A program made the position numbers and the translations under genes. DNA of 64,000 nucleotides from Candidatus Magasanikiibacteriota bacterium. GTDB lineage: Bacteria > Patescibacteriota > Patescibacteriia > Magasanikbacterales > UBA922. Of the stretch, positions 50,300 through 59,590 are shown piece by piece (within the stretch, counting starts at the first letter, position 1; each line of letters starts with the position of its first letter). The notes beneath the pieces are model-generated. The model had not been told where the DNA came from and ran no database searches. It saw only the letters and a program-made list of their open reading frames with translations. The stretch spans positions 15,052 to 79,051 of the forward strand of contig DMXO01000006.1 in NCBI GenBank assembly GCA_003482855.1, in the 5' to 3' direction.

Positions 50300-53200
50300 A
50301 TGGGACCTATTGATTCAAAACTTGTCTCCAAAATAAAACTGGGGCAAGAGACAGATATTTCTTTTATGTATCCCGAAGACGGTCTTCGTATTAAGCGTAT
50401 TTTTAGCGTCGATGGGGTTAATCCATTCGACATGGTTGAGTACGAGAAGCGTACTTCTGTTATTCGCGAACCTGACGGGACGGTTGTCTTTGAAATGAAA
50501 GATATAGAAATACCAAGACAATGGTCTCAGGTAGCGACAGACATTATTGCCCAAAAATATTTTCGGAAAACAGGCGTACCTCAATATAATCCAGACGGTA
50601 CACAGAAGCTTAATGCTGATGGCTCTCCTATGCTTGGAGCCGAAACAAGCGTGAAGCAAACCGTGCATCGTCTGGCAGGCACATGGCGCTATTGGGCAGA
50701 AAAATATGGTTATTTTGCGAGTGAAGATGACGCACAAATTTTTTATGAAGAGCTTGTTGTCATGCTTTTGCGACAAATGGCTGCCCCTAATTCACCTCAA
50801 TGGTTCAATACTGGTCTTAATTGGGCGTATGGTATCAATAGTGAAGCACAAGGGCATTATTATGTAAATCCAGACACAGGAGCCATGACTAAGGCAAAAG
50901 ATGCTTATTCTCATCCTCAACCCCATGCGTGCTTCATACAATCTATCAAAGATGATCTCGTCAATGAGGGAGGTATCATGGATTTGTGGGTGCGTGAAGC
51001 ACGGTTATTCAAATATGGGTCGGGGACAGGAACCAACTTTTCCTCGCTTCGTGGAGCGGGTGAGCCTTTGTCTGGCGGTGGCAAGTCATCCGGGCTTATG
51101 AGTTGGCTTCGTATTGGAGATAGAGCTGCAGGAGCTATCAAATCTGGTGGGACGACAAGGCGTGCGGCAAAAATGGTTACTCTTGACTTGGATCATCCAG
51201 ACATTGAATTATTTATTGATTGGAAAGTAAAAGAAGAAAAAAAAGTTGCAGCTCTTATAGCTGCTGGGTATCCAAGTGACTATGAAGGAGAAGCATACTC
51301 CACTGTGTCAGGACAAAATTCAAACAACTCTGTGCGCGTGCCACACAAATTTATGGAATCTCTTGAACATGATGGTACGTGGAATCTCACTTGGCGTACA
51401 GATGGGAGTGCATGCAAGACACTTAAATCACGTTATTTGTGGGACAAAATTGCATATGCTGCATGGGCATGCGCTGATCCGGGTATACAATATGATGGTA
51501 CTATAAATGAATGGCACACATGTCCGCAGTCCGGCAAAATAAATGCATCAAATCCATGTTCTGAATATATGTTTTTGGATAACACTGCATGCAATCTTGC
51601 TTCGCTCAATTTGGCTCATTTTTATAATCAACAGGCCCACGAATTTGAAGTAAGTAATTTCAAACATGCAGTACGTGTATGGACGATTGTACTCGAGACA
51701 AGCGTGCTTATGGCACAATTCCCAAGTAAAGAGATTGCCCAAGGGAGTTATGATTTTCGTACACTGGGTCTTGGATATGCCAACATTGGTTCTGTACTCA
51801 TGACAGCAGGTATCCCCTATGAATCAGAAGAGGCCTATGCATTTGCAGGGTCTGTTACAGCACTTATGACCGCAGAAAGTTACAAGGCCAGTGCAGAGAT
51901 GTCACGCCTTCTTGGACCTTTTCCAAAATTTGAATTCAATAGAAAAGATATGTTGCGGGTTATGAGAAATCATAGGCGAGCTGCTTTCAATGCTCCTATA
52001 CATGAATATGAAAAACTCGATGTTATACCTGTGTCAATAAATCCTCAATATGCTCCTGCATATCTCATTGCTGCAGCTCGAGAAAGTTGGAATGAAGCTG
52101 TAGAAATGGGTGAACAATATGGCTATAGAAATGCCCAGACAACACTTCTTGCTCCCACTGGGACGATTGGTCTTCTCATGGATTGCGCAACGACTGGTGT
52201 AGAGCCAGATTTTGCTCTTGTTAAGTTCAAGAAATTGGCTGGTGGAGGTTATTTCCGTATTGTGAATGAAGCAGTACCTTCTGCACTTAAAAATCTGGGT
52301 TATTCTGATGATCAAGTTGTTGATATTCTCAATTATATGCGTGGTACAGCCGATATCATGCACGCACCTTATATTAATGCGCAGAGTCTCAAAGAAAAGG
52401 GATTTACTGATGAGGATTTGAAACAAGTGAATAAAGCTCTTGAAGGTGCATTTGAGATAAAATTTGTTTTTAATGTGTGGTCCCTTGGTGAAGATGTGAT
52501 GAAACGTTCAGGGTTTACTGCAGAAGAATATAATGATCCCAATTTCAACATGCTCAAGGGACTTGAATTTAGCGGTGAGCAGATAGATGTTGCGAATGAA
52601 TATGTGTGTGGTACGATGACTATAGAGGGTGCTCCTCATTTGAAGCCCGAGCATTATCCTGTCTTTGACACAGCAAACAAAAATGGCAGAAAGGGAAATA
52701 GATTTATTCATTATCTTGGGCATGTGAAGATGATGGCCGCGGTGCAACCATTTTTGTCAGGTGCAATCAGCAAGACTATCAATATGCCTCATGAGGCAAC
52801 AGTCGAGGATATAAAGCACGCATATGGGGAATCATGGAGACTTGGTCTCAAAGCAGTCGCTTTATATCGTGATGGATGCAAATTAAGTCAGCCATTATCT
52901 ACTAAGTCAAAAAGTAGTACTGAAGAAAAGGAAGAAAAAGTTGAGTTGAAGATTGAAGAAAAAATTATAGAAAAACACACAGAAGAAGTTTTGCAAATTT
53001 CCAAGATGGTACATGCTGACGAAATGGATGATGCCATATTTCAGGCGAGTCAAATTTTGAGCCAACATGCAGGTATTCGTACACCAATGGAATCATACAC
53101 CAAGGATGGCGAGGTAGCGGAACGACGCGTATATCTCCATGGTGAGAAACGAAGACTTCCAGCCAAACGTAGTGGTATCACCGTCGCAGCAAAAGTTGGC

Positions 53201-53809
53201 AACCAGCAAATTTGGTTGCGAACCGGTGAGTATCCAAATGGCCAGTTGGCAGAAATATTTGTCGACATGTACAAAGAGGGAGCTGCGGTGCGGAGTCTTC
53301 TCAATATGTTTGCGATTTCTGTATCTATGGGGCTTCAATATGGAGTACCACTTGAGAAATATGTAGAAAATTTTGTTTTCACCCGTTTTGAACCAAGCGG
53401 ATTTACTGATCATCCAAATATTAAGAACTGTACTTCGATTATAGATTTCGTGTTTCGCGTGCTTGGTATGGAATATTTAGGACGCACTGACTTCGTACAA
53501 GTCCCACCCAAAGGAATTCAAAAAAAGAAGTTTGAAAACCTAGCTAAAATTGCAGAAAGTAAGGCAGCCCAAGAGACAATGAATTTGGATACGACTACAG
53601 TGACTGAAATTATTGAAATATCTGAACATACAAATCAGGCACCATTACCTACTCTTGAAAAAGAAGAAGCGCTTGCCAATGCGTCAGATGCTGCACTTGC
53701 GAATATGATGGGAGACGCACCAGCATGTCCGACGTGTGGACATATTACCGTACGGAATGGTAGTTGTTACAAGTGTTTGAATTGTGGGGATAGCTTGGGG
53801 TGTAGCTAA
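50300..53809 (+). CDS. nrdJ: Class II (adenosylcobalamin-dependent) ribonucleotide reductase with C-terminal TSCPD and Zn ribbon
   Basis: PNSPQWFN, PHACFI, GGTTRRAAKM, NPCSE, APTGTI, SGAISKTINM, YRDGCK, CPTCG..RNGSCYKCLNCG; start 50300 or 50366. Confidence 0.96.
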   Translation: MGPIDSKLVSKIKLGQETDISFMYPEDGLRIKRIFSVDGVNPFDMVEYEKRTSVIREPDGTVVFEMKDIEIPRQWSQVATDIIAQKYFRKTGVPQYNPDGTQKLNADGSPMLGAETSVKQTVHRLAGTWRYWAEKYGYFASEDDAQIFYEELVVMLLRQMAAPNSPQWFNTGLNWAYGINSEAQGHYYVNPDTGAMTKAKDAYSHPQPHACFIQSIKDDLVNEGGIMDLWVREARLFKYGSGTGTNFSSLRGAGEPLSGGGKSSGLMSWLRIGDRAAGAIKSGGTTRRAAKMVTLDLDHPDIELFIDWKVKEEKKVAALIAAGYPSDYEGEAYSTVSGQNSNNSVRVPHKFMESLEHDGTWNLTWRTDGSACKTLKSRYLWDKIAYAAWACADPGIQYDGTINEWHTCPQSGKINASNPCSEYMFLDNTACNLASLNLAHFYNQQAHEFEVSNFKHAVRVWTIVLETSVLMAQFPSKEIAQGSYDFRTLGLGYANIGSVLMTAGIPYESEEAYAFAGSVTALMTAESYKASAEMSRLLGPFPKFEFNRKDMLRVMRNHRRAAFNAPIHEYEKLDVIPVSINPQYAPAYLIAAARESWNEAVEMGEQYGYRNAQTTLLAPTGTIGLLMDCATTGVEPDFALVKFKKLAGGGYFRIVNEAVPSALKNLGYSDDQVVDILNYMRGTADIMHAPYINAQSLKEKGFTDEDLKQVNKALEGAFEIKFVFNVWSLGEDVMKRSGFTAEEYNDPNFNMLKGLEFSGEQIDVANEYVCGTMTIEGAPHLKPEHYPVFDTANKNGRKGNRFIHYLGHVKMMAAVQPFLSGAISKTINMPHEATVEDIKHAYGESWRLGLKAVALYRDGCKLSQPLSTKSKSSTEEKEEKVELKIEEKIIEKHTEEVLQISKMVHADEMDDAIFQASQILSQHAGIRTPMESYTKDGEVAERRVYLHGEKRRLPAKRSGITVAAKVGNQQIWLRTGEYPNGQLAEIFVDMYKEGAAVRSLLNMFAISVSMGLQYGVPLEKYVENFVFTRFEPSGFTDHPNIKNCTSIIDFVFRVLGMEYLGRTDFVQVPPKGIQKKKFENLAKIAESKAAQETMNLDTTTVTEIIEISEHTNQAPLPTLEKEEALANASDAALANMMGDAPACPTCGHITVRNGSCYKCLNCGDSLGCS

Positions 53810-53835
53810 AATATAAAATTACGAACTATAAAAAT

Positions 53836-53862
53836 AAAACCCGCAATAAAGTGGGTTTTATT
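53836..53862 (+). terminator. Terminator after nrdJ
   Basis: taaaacccgc-aataaa-gtgggttttattt. Confidence 0.65.
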
Positions 53863-53954
53863 TATCTATAAATTAGTAGAGTAAAATATTTATATTGAAT
53901 GTATTCTATATTTATTATATGCTATATATCATATAATAATACTGCATGTTTTAT

Positions 53955-54509
53955 ATGCCAAAACTTTATACCAAAACCGGCGACAAAGGGGATACATCTC
54001 TTCTCGGCGGGAAACGCGTACGCAAAAGTTGTATTGAAATGGGAGCAATTGGAGAAATTGATGAGCTCAATTCATCGCTTGGAGTTCTTATTGCTGAACT
54101 AAGAGAAGAAAAAATGGCAAAGAATGCTGTGTCCAAATTGATTGCCATACAACGCAAGCTTTTTACTATTGGCGCGCAAGTTGCGTCAGTCCAGACAACA
54201 CTCACAAAAGTTCCTCGGTTATCCAGACGAGATGTCAGTGTGCTTGAAAAGTGGGTAGATACAATGGATACAAAACTTCCTCGATTAACTGCTTTTATTT
54301 TACCTGGAGGGACAGAAGAAGCAGCGCTTGCGTTTCATGCGCGGGCAATTTGCCGTAGAGCAGAACGAAATTTAGTGAAATTGAGCGATCACTACGATCT
54401 GCCTATAGTTTTAATTCAGTATTTAAACAGATTAAGTGATGCCTTATTTGCGTTGGGGAGATGGATAAATAAAAAAGAGGGAATGAAAGAATTGAAATGG
54501 AAGAAGTAG
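53955..54509 (+). CDS. pduO: PduO-type ATP:cob(I)alamin adenosyltransferase
   Basis: KLYTKTGDKGDTSL, GEIDELNS, FILPGG, RAICRRAER, YLNRLSDALF. Confidence 0.95.
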   Translation: MPKLYTKTGDKGDTSLLGGKRVRKSCIEMGAIGEIDELNSSLGVLIAELREEKMAKNAVSKLIAIQRKLFTIGAQVASVQTTLTKVPRLSRRDVSVLEKWVDTMDTKLPRLTAFILPGGTEEAALAFHARAICRRAERNLVKLSDHYDLPIVLIQYLNRLSDALFALGRWINKKEGMKELKWKK

Positions 54510-54536
54510 GTATATAACTAAATGTATCTTTAATAT

Positions 54537-54571
54537 AAAGACCGTCTTTCATATGAGAAAGGCGGTCTTTT
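54537..54571. terminator. Bidirectional terminator
   Basis: AAAGACCGTCTTTC-ATATGA-GAAAGGCGGTCTTTT. Confidence 0.8.
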
Positions 54572-54766
54572 ATGATGATGCGGTCTTCATTAGCCTAAAG
54601 TTAAAAAGTGATACAGCATTTTATTTTTGTGTTTGTCTTTACTCAGTTGTAAGGTTATTTTGTTGTCACATAGCTTTCACCTCCTTTGGGGTTTATATGG
54701 AGTTAGCGTACAGAAGATGTATAGTCTTCCTGATTTCATTATGTTTCAGTATGGATTTGGTGTCAA
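54537..54766 (-). ncRNA. Candidate ~200-nt small transcript with a perfect SD and an ATG-TGA minimal ORF
   Basis: TTGACA-17-CATAAT promoter (54766-54738); AAAGGAGGTGA (54687-54677); ATG TGA (54671-54666); terminator. Confidence 0.45.
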
Positions 54767-54872
54767 GCAACAATTTTCGGTTTCTGTGGAGAATAGGTGG
54801 ATGAACAGGGGATAAGACTGTCTGTATTGATTTTCCGCCTTATATATGATATATTTTTTACGTTTTGTATAT

Positions 54873-54956
54873 GTCGCGGTGGTGAAACTGGTATACACGA
54901 GGGACTTAAAATCCCTTTCCCGTAAGGGAGTGCGGGTTCGATTCCCGCCCGCGGCA
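54873..54956 (+). tRNA. tRNA-Leu(TAA)
   Basis: GTCGCGG/CCGCGGC, AGGGA-CTTAAAA-TCCCT, long variable arm. Confidence 0.95.
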
Positions 54957-55210
54957 CTGACGAGATTTATCATGATTGCATCAAAATATCATAATCTAAA
55001 AATAGACGCTCAGTCAGCGTCTATTTTTATATACATCCCTTTCAGTATTTTTTTTGCAAAAATATTCAAGGGGATGGTGCAGGTGGGTGCCGTTCCTCAC
55101 AAGACGGCATATGCACCGAACAGGCAACGTAACCGCGAAGTTAGAGCGTTCCGATACAGATAAGATCGAGAACGCCGCATAGCATACGGTTCAAGGAACT
55201 AACTGAACTG

Positions 55211-55708
55211 TCACTTCTTTCTACAAATGAGGAATTTGCTATTTGAGACGACATCCATGTCTCGTAAGCAAACCCCTCCCCGGTCTCCCAACCATCCGTA
55301 GATCGGGTAGCACGCAACGGCGTCCCTTCTTCTTTGCCATTGCGACCCGATACCCGCGAGGTCGTTTTTTTGCGGGTTTGCCACGATGTAGCGGCCTTGC
55401 GCCCAGAGCGAGGCCGGCTTATGTCCCAGCCTGAGGAACTCTGTGATAGCTTCTTGACCGCTGATGAGATTGCCGAATTGATACTCCTCGGCCTCATCCC
55501 CTGGGTCGTCTCCGAGTTGGAAATTGAATGAATTGAAATTCGAATCCCAAATACAGAGTCTTCCGAAAAAACGCCCCCATTTCTCTCCTTGTTCGGTCAG
55601 CCTCCACTTAAATTGGTTGAGAAACTCCTCTAACTCAGTTTGGCTGATCATCCCCGCATTGATCAACCTGTCAAGGAGGGCTCTCTGTGCTTCGGTGATT
55701 CCACTCAT
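55211..55708 (-). CDS. GC-rich hypothetical protein, possibly C-type-lectin-like (DGR-target-like) fold
   Basis: GAGAGG SD; ISGQEAITEFLRLGHKPASL...KFLICRKK end; promoter TTTACA-17-TATAAA at 55824-55796. Confidence 0.65.
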   Translation of the reverse strand: MSGITEAQRALLDRLINAGMISQTELEEFLNQFKWRLTEQGEKWGRFFGRLCIWDSNFNSFNFQLGDDPGDEAEEYQFGNLISGQEAITEFLRLGHKPASLWAQGRYIVANPQKNDLAGIGSQWQRRRDAVACYPIYGWLGDRGGVCLRDMDVVSNSKFLICRKK

Positions 55709-56010
55709 TTTGAACCTCTCTCACAGAAGGTAAGCCCAGTTCGTCGGCAGAATCGCCAACAAATGGACCCACACATAGGTAAAAGTCGACAATTTTTTAT
55801 ACCATAAATATTCCTCATTGTAAATATTGAAGGTTGGGATGAATTAGTTTTATCCACATGTCAGAAGATATTTGCGAAAAATGTCTATTTTAATTTTAGT
55901 TTGAGTGTATGCCTGGTTGTGTGACGAATCTGCAACGATACTCACACAATAGTCGTCTCTGAACCACGCAGTGTTTATATCTGTGTGCTTACTGGTATTG
56001 TTGGTAAATC

Positions 56011-56043
56011 AAAACCACCCCGGGTACTCGGGGTGGTTGTTTA
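56011..56043. terminator. Terminator after the AI-2E gene
   Basis: aaaaccaccccgggtactcggggtggttgttt. Confidence 0.75.
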
Positions 56044-56056
56044 CTTGAATGCGTTT

Positions 56057-57127
56057 TTAATTGTCCGTAAGTTCTTTTTTGTAGCACTGTTCGTAGATAG
56101 ACATGATAGAAATATAGAGTGCTGCTATGACTGGGCCTATGACAAAACCAGAGATACCAAATAGTAAGAGCCCACCGAGTGTAGAAAAGAATGCAATGAG
56201 AGGGTGCATCTGTGTATCCTTGCCAATGAGCGGCGGACGTATAAAATTGTCTACAATGCTAATTACACCTGCTCCAACGATGAGAACAATACCTTGCCAT
56301 GTGTTTCCAAGAGCAAGCATAATGATGCCTGCTGGTATAACTATGATGGATGGGCCAACAGCAGGTATAATGGCGATAGCTACCATAATAACACCCCAGA
56401 TGAGGGCTCCCTCTATGCCTGTAATAAAAAATAGAATACCACTGAGTGTGCCTTGTATACTGCCAACGATTAATGTGCTTTTGAGAGTCGCGCGTGCAGT
56501 CGATGTAAAGCGTTCATAGAGAGACGATTCATTGTCACCCCCCAGAGGGGACAGATGCATGAGGCGTGATAGCATTTTTGCGCCATCTTTGAAAAAATAA
56601 TAGAGCGTGTAGAGCATGATACACGTCATGATCAAGAAATTGAGTGAATTTTGTGTAATACTTTTTATGCTGTTGAACACAAAAGAGCTAAGCCATTGTG
56701 CTACTTTTGTTGCGTATGTAGTCCAGTCATTGCGTATATTTTCTACATATGGAGCAAATGGTGTATGTTCTATCCATGAAGACACCTGTTGTGGGTTTTG
56801 GAATATGCCACTGCCCGTTACTTTGTTGTAAAGGTCTATAGATTCATTGACAAGCATGATGGACAAGAGAGACAAGGGAATGAATATGATAAGGATGACT
56901 AATAGTACTGTGGCAAATGAACTTAGTCGTGGTTTTTTTGTTTTTTGTAATATTTTTCGATATACCGGGTAAAAAATGATTGCTATAACTGATGCCCAGA
57001 AAATAGGGTATATAAATGGTCGCAATACATAGAGCATGGCAATAGACAGTAGTATGATGAGCCCAAAAAAGAATATTGAGCGCATTCTGCCGAAACTGAC
57101 TTTGTCTGTAGAATCACGTTTTTGCAT
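56057..57127 (-). CDS. AI-2E family transporter
   Basis: YYFFKDG, IQGTLSG, IPAVG, DNFIRPPLIG, HPLIAFFSTLGGLLLFGISGFVIGP. Confidence 0.92.
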   Translation of the reverse strand: MQKRDSTDKVSFGRMRSIFFFGLIILLSIAMLYVLRPFIYPIFWASVIAIIFYPVYRKILQKTKKPRLSSFATVLLVILIIFIPLSLLSIMLVNESIDLYNKVTGSGIFQNPQQVSSWIEHTPFAPYVENIRNDWTTYATKVAQWLSSFVFNSIKSITQNSLNFLIMTCIMLYTLYYFFKDGAKMLSRLMHLSPLGGDNESSLYERFTSTARATLKSTLIVGSIQGTLSGILFFITGIEGALIWGVIMVAIAIIPAVGPSIIVIPAGIIMLALGNTWQGIVLIVGAGVISIVDNFIRPPLIGKDTQMHPLIAFFSTLGGLLLFGISGFVIGPVIAALYISIMSIYEQCYKKELTDN

Positions 57128-57171
57128 ATTAGAAGTATTAAAATATATAGTTTAGTATAACATTATCGTAG

Positions 57172-58653
57172 TTACTCCGCAATTTTTTGTCTTGGCACTA
57201 TATGTATTAGCATATATGGTGGATATATACTTTCAACTGTGTAAGAGATGTCCTGTTCAAATGTTTGTATATTATTGAACCCTGTGGTATCTGTAATCCA
57301 CCATGGGTATTCTGATGCACGTGCTATATAGTAGGAGAGATTTTTTGTGTCTATGGAGATTGGCTCTAGATTTTTTTCGTAGCGTATATACCAATAATAT
57401 GCAGGTAATATGCGTCCCAAATTCCAATTTTCTATGTTATAGGTGATGATCTTTTGATTTTGCGGTATATAGTTGTGTAGATTTTTTGTAAATTGTTGTA
57501 TGGGTGTCTGTCTTGTGTATTGTATTGTATTGAATGTGCGTGCTACTAATACGTATGAATAAGATATAGAAAAGCACCCTATGCAAGTCATCAATATATA
57601 GTTTATTTTCTTTTGTTTTACTTTGGCAAGTATGGTTTTGAGAGACAAACATATGGCTATGTATAGAGGGGGTAGTGCAGGTAATATATACCATTCAAGT
57701 TTTGTTGTAAGTACGTGAGGGGGTATGATCGTAGCAAGAAGCCAAATCATTAAAAATATGTCAAACCATTGTTTCTTTTTTGCTACGAGATATATGAGAT
57801 ATCCTGTACTGAACATTGACAATAGAATGAATAAAATTCCTATTTGTTCATATAGAAAATCCGCATAAAATAATACAAATCCTGCATGACCTTGTAGAGG
57901 GTCTGTAATGCGAGTAAAGAATTGTTCTTTCCAATATATTTGTATGTATGTTGTTCCATATGACGCATATAGGAACAGGTGCCATATGAGCCATGGTAAT
58001 ATGCTGGCGGAGATGATAGTTATTATTTTTTTTGTTGTCCATCGTGGGAGTTTTGCCAAGGGGCGTGATAGTTCTGCTATGATTATTATTGCGATATAGA
58101 CCATCCCCATGACACCGCGGGACATGAGTCCTAGGGCAAGGAATAATGCTATTGGCCACCATGTCTTTCTTTCTCTCATATACATATAGCTTGCAAGTGC
58201 TGTTATGGATAGTGAAAGGGATAATATATCGAAGTCTGCTGTGCGCAACATATGATGGTACCACATTGCAGGCGAGAGAAATATTGCAAGAGCGCCCAAA
58301 AAAGACCATATACTGTTTAATTTTTTGCGTATGATGATATAGACAAGCGGTGCGATGCAAATAGAAAATAATGCGGCAGGTAATCGGAGCGCAAAAGTAT
58401 TGAATCCAAATGTGTTTATTGAAATTGCTTCTAGCCAAAAAGGTAGTGGCTCTTTTTCGAGCCACGTTACCTCCTGAAGTTTTAGGTGGAGGTAATCACC
58501 AGAATTGACCATTTCTCCTACTATATTGGCATATAGTCCCTCATCCCAGTTTGCAAGCTGTTTTGACCCGAGTCTGTAAAATACAAAACATGCACTTATG
58601 AGAAGCAGTATAACTAAAATAAGTATATCTTTATATTTTATAGGTAGTTTCAT
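57172..58653 (-). CDS. ArnT/PMT-like (GT-C) glycosyltransferase
   Basis: WDEGLYA, LEKEPLPFWL, FALRLP, WYILPALP; multi-TM. Confidence 0.85.
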   Translation of the reverse strand: MKLPIKYKDILILVILLLISACFVFYRLGSKQLANWDEGLYANIVGEMVNSGDYLHLKLQEVTWLEKEPLPFWLEAISINTFGFNTFALRLPAALFSICIAPLVYIIIRKKLNSIWSFLGALAIFLSPAMWYHHMLRTADFDILSLSLSITALASYMYMRERKTWWPIALFLALGLMSRGVMGMVYIAIIIIAELSRPLAKLPRWTTKKIITIISASILPWLIWHLFLYASYGTTYIQIYWKEQFFTRITDPLQGHAGFVLFYADFLYEQIGILFILLSMFSTGYLIYLVAKKKQWFDIFLMIWLLATIIPPHVLTTKLEWYILPALPPLYIAICLSLKTILAKVKQKKINYILMTCIGCFSISYSYVLVARTFNTIQYTRQTPIQQFTKNLHNYIPQNQKIITYNIENWNLGRILPAYYWYIRYEKNLEPISIDTKNLSYYIARASEYPWWITDTTGFNNIQTFEQDISYTVESIYPPYMLIHIVPRQKIAE

Positions 58654-58703
58654 GTGTATATTGTATCAAAAATAGGTGATATAAAAAACTCGCGTATTGC
58701 GAG

Positions 58704-58810
58704 TTTATTGCGAAAAGAAGGTGTAAAACCTCCGACTAAGTCGGATTGTACTGTCGCTATCGGCGGTACAGAAATCTCCGACTTAAGCGACGCCTTCCTC
58801 GCAATTTCAT
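58704..58810. repeat. Dispersed palindromic repeat, copy 2, with a nested hairpin insert (contains the pseudouridine synthase TGA stop)
   Basis: Same ends as 13529-13589, plus internal TCCGACTAAGTCGGA and TGTACTGTCG/CGGCGGTACA. Confidence 0.85.
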
Positions 58811-59550
58811 ATTATATGTTCTTTTTTTACTATTTTCCATCGGCCGACGGGTAACACACCAATTTGCAATTTGCCGATGCGTGTGCGCTTGAGTGAAATA
58901 ACATGGAACCCCAAGCTACCAAACATTTTTCTTATTTGTCTATTTTTTCCTTCTTTCAAAATCACGGTGACTATAGTGCGTCTGCCTTTGTTAAATTCTT
59001 TTTTGATTTCTATGCCTTGCACAAAGTCATCATCTATCTTCATTCCTGCTGTGAGTACTTTTTTTGCATCTCTTGTAAGTGCTTTGTCTATGATTACTTC
59101 GTACTCTTTTTCATGTTCATAGCGAGGGTGAGTGAGTTTGTTTGTGAGTTCACCATCGTTTGTAAGTAAGACTAGACCTTCTGAATCTTTGTCTAGCCGA
59201 CCAACAGGATAGAGACGCGCAGACATTATTCGTTGTTTTGTTGTTTCATCAGTTGGTTTGAAATAATTTTTTGGTGTTATAAGATCAAGTACAGATACGC
59301 CTTGTTCATCGGTAGTGGATGTGATGTAGTCTACGGGTTTGTTCAAAGCAATATAGATAGGTTCGGAGTTCGGAGTTTTTAGTTCTGAGTTATTGACTGT
59401 TACCACATCTTTTTCATTATCAATTTTTGTCCCAAGTTCTGTAGTGACAACATTATTTACTTTCACTTTTCCAGCGACAATAAGTTCCTCTGCCTTTCGT
59501 CGAGAACAGATTCCTAGGTCAGCGATGTGTTTTTGGAGGCGAATAATCAT
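58807..59550 (-). CDS. S4-domain rRNA pseudouridine synthase (RluB/RsuA family)
   Basis: RLQKHIADLGICSRRKAEELI, LNKP, YPVGRLDKDSEGL, EGKNRQIRKM. Confidence 0.93.
   Translation of the reverse strand: MIIRLQKHIADLGICSRRKAEELIVAGKVKVNNVVTTELGTKIDNEKDVVTVNNSELKTPNSEPIYIALNKPVDYITSTTDEQGVSVLDLITPKNYFKPTDETTKQRIMSARLYPVGRLDKDSEGLVLLTNDGELTNKLTHPRYEHEKEYEVIIDKALTRDAKKVLTAGMKIDDDFVQGIEIKKEFNKGRRTIVTVILKEGKNRQIRKMFGSLGFHVISLKRTRIGKLQIGVLPVGRWKIVKKEHII
59361..59392. repeat. Heptamer (GTTCGGA-like) tandem repeat in frame in the pseudouridine synthase linker (NSELKTPNSEP)
   Basis: gttcgga gttcgga gttttta gttctga gtt. Confidence 0.7.
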
Positions 59551-59590
59551 ATGATTTGAAAAACTCCTCACTGCGAGGAGTTTTTAATTT

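Noticed and set aside
50300-53809. Intein or intron in nrdJ
   Set aside because: No intein splice motifs or homing-endonuclease block; the extra length is explained by a linker and the TSCPD region
54666-54671. Genetic code 25 (UGA=Gly) as the explanation for ATG-TGA
   Set aside because: Long core genes translate intact under code 11, rnpA and others end in TGA, and read-through gives only 10 codons
55170-55195. GAACCGTATGC resembling group II intron domain V
   Set aside because: No GNRA loop or matching CGTACGGTTC strand, and no other intron domains
55900-56005. Slightly GC-richer spacer with a 17-codon ORF (MPGCVTNLQRYSHNSRL)
   Set aside because: No clear promoter, SD or stable fold; not enough support
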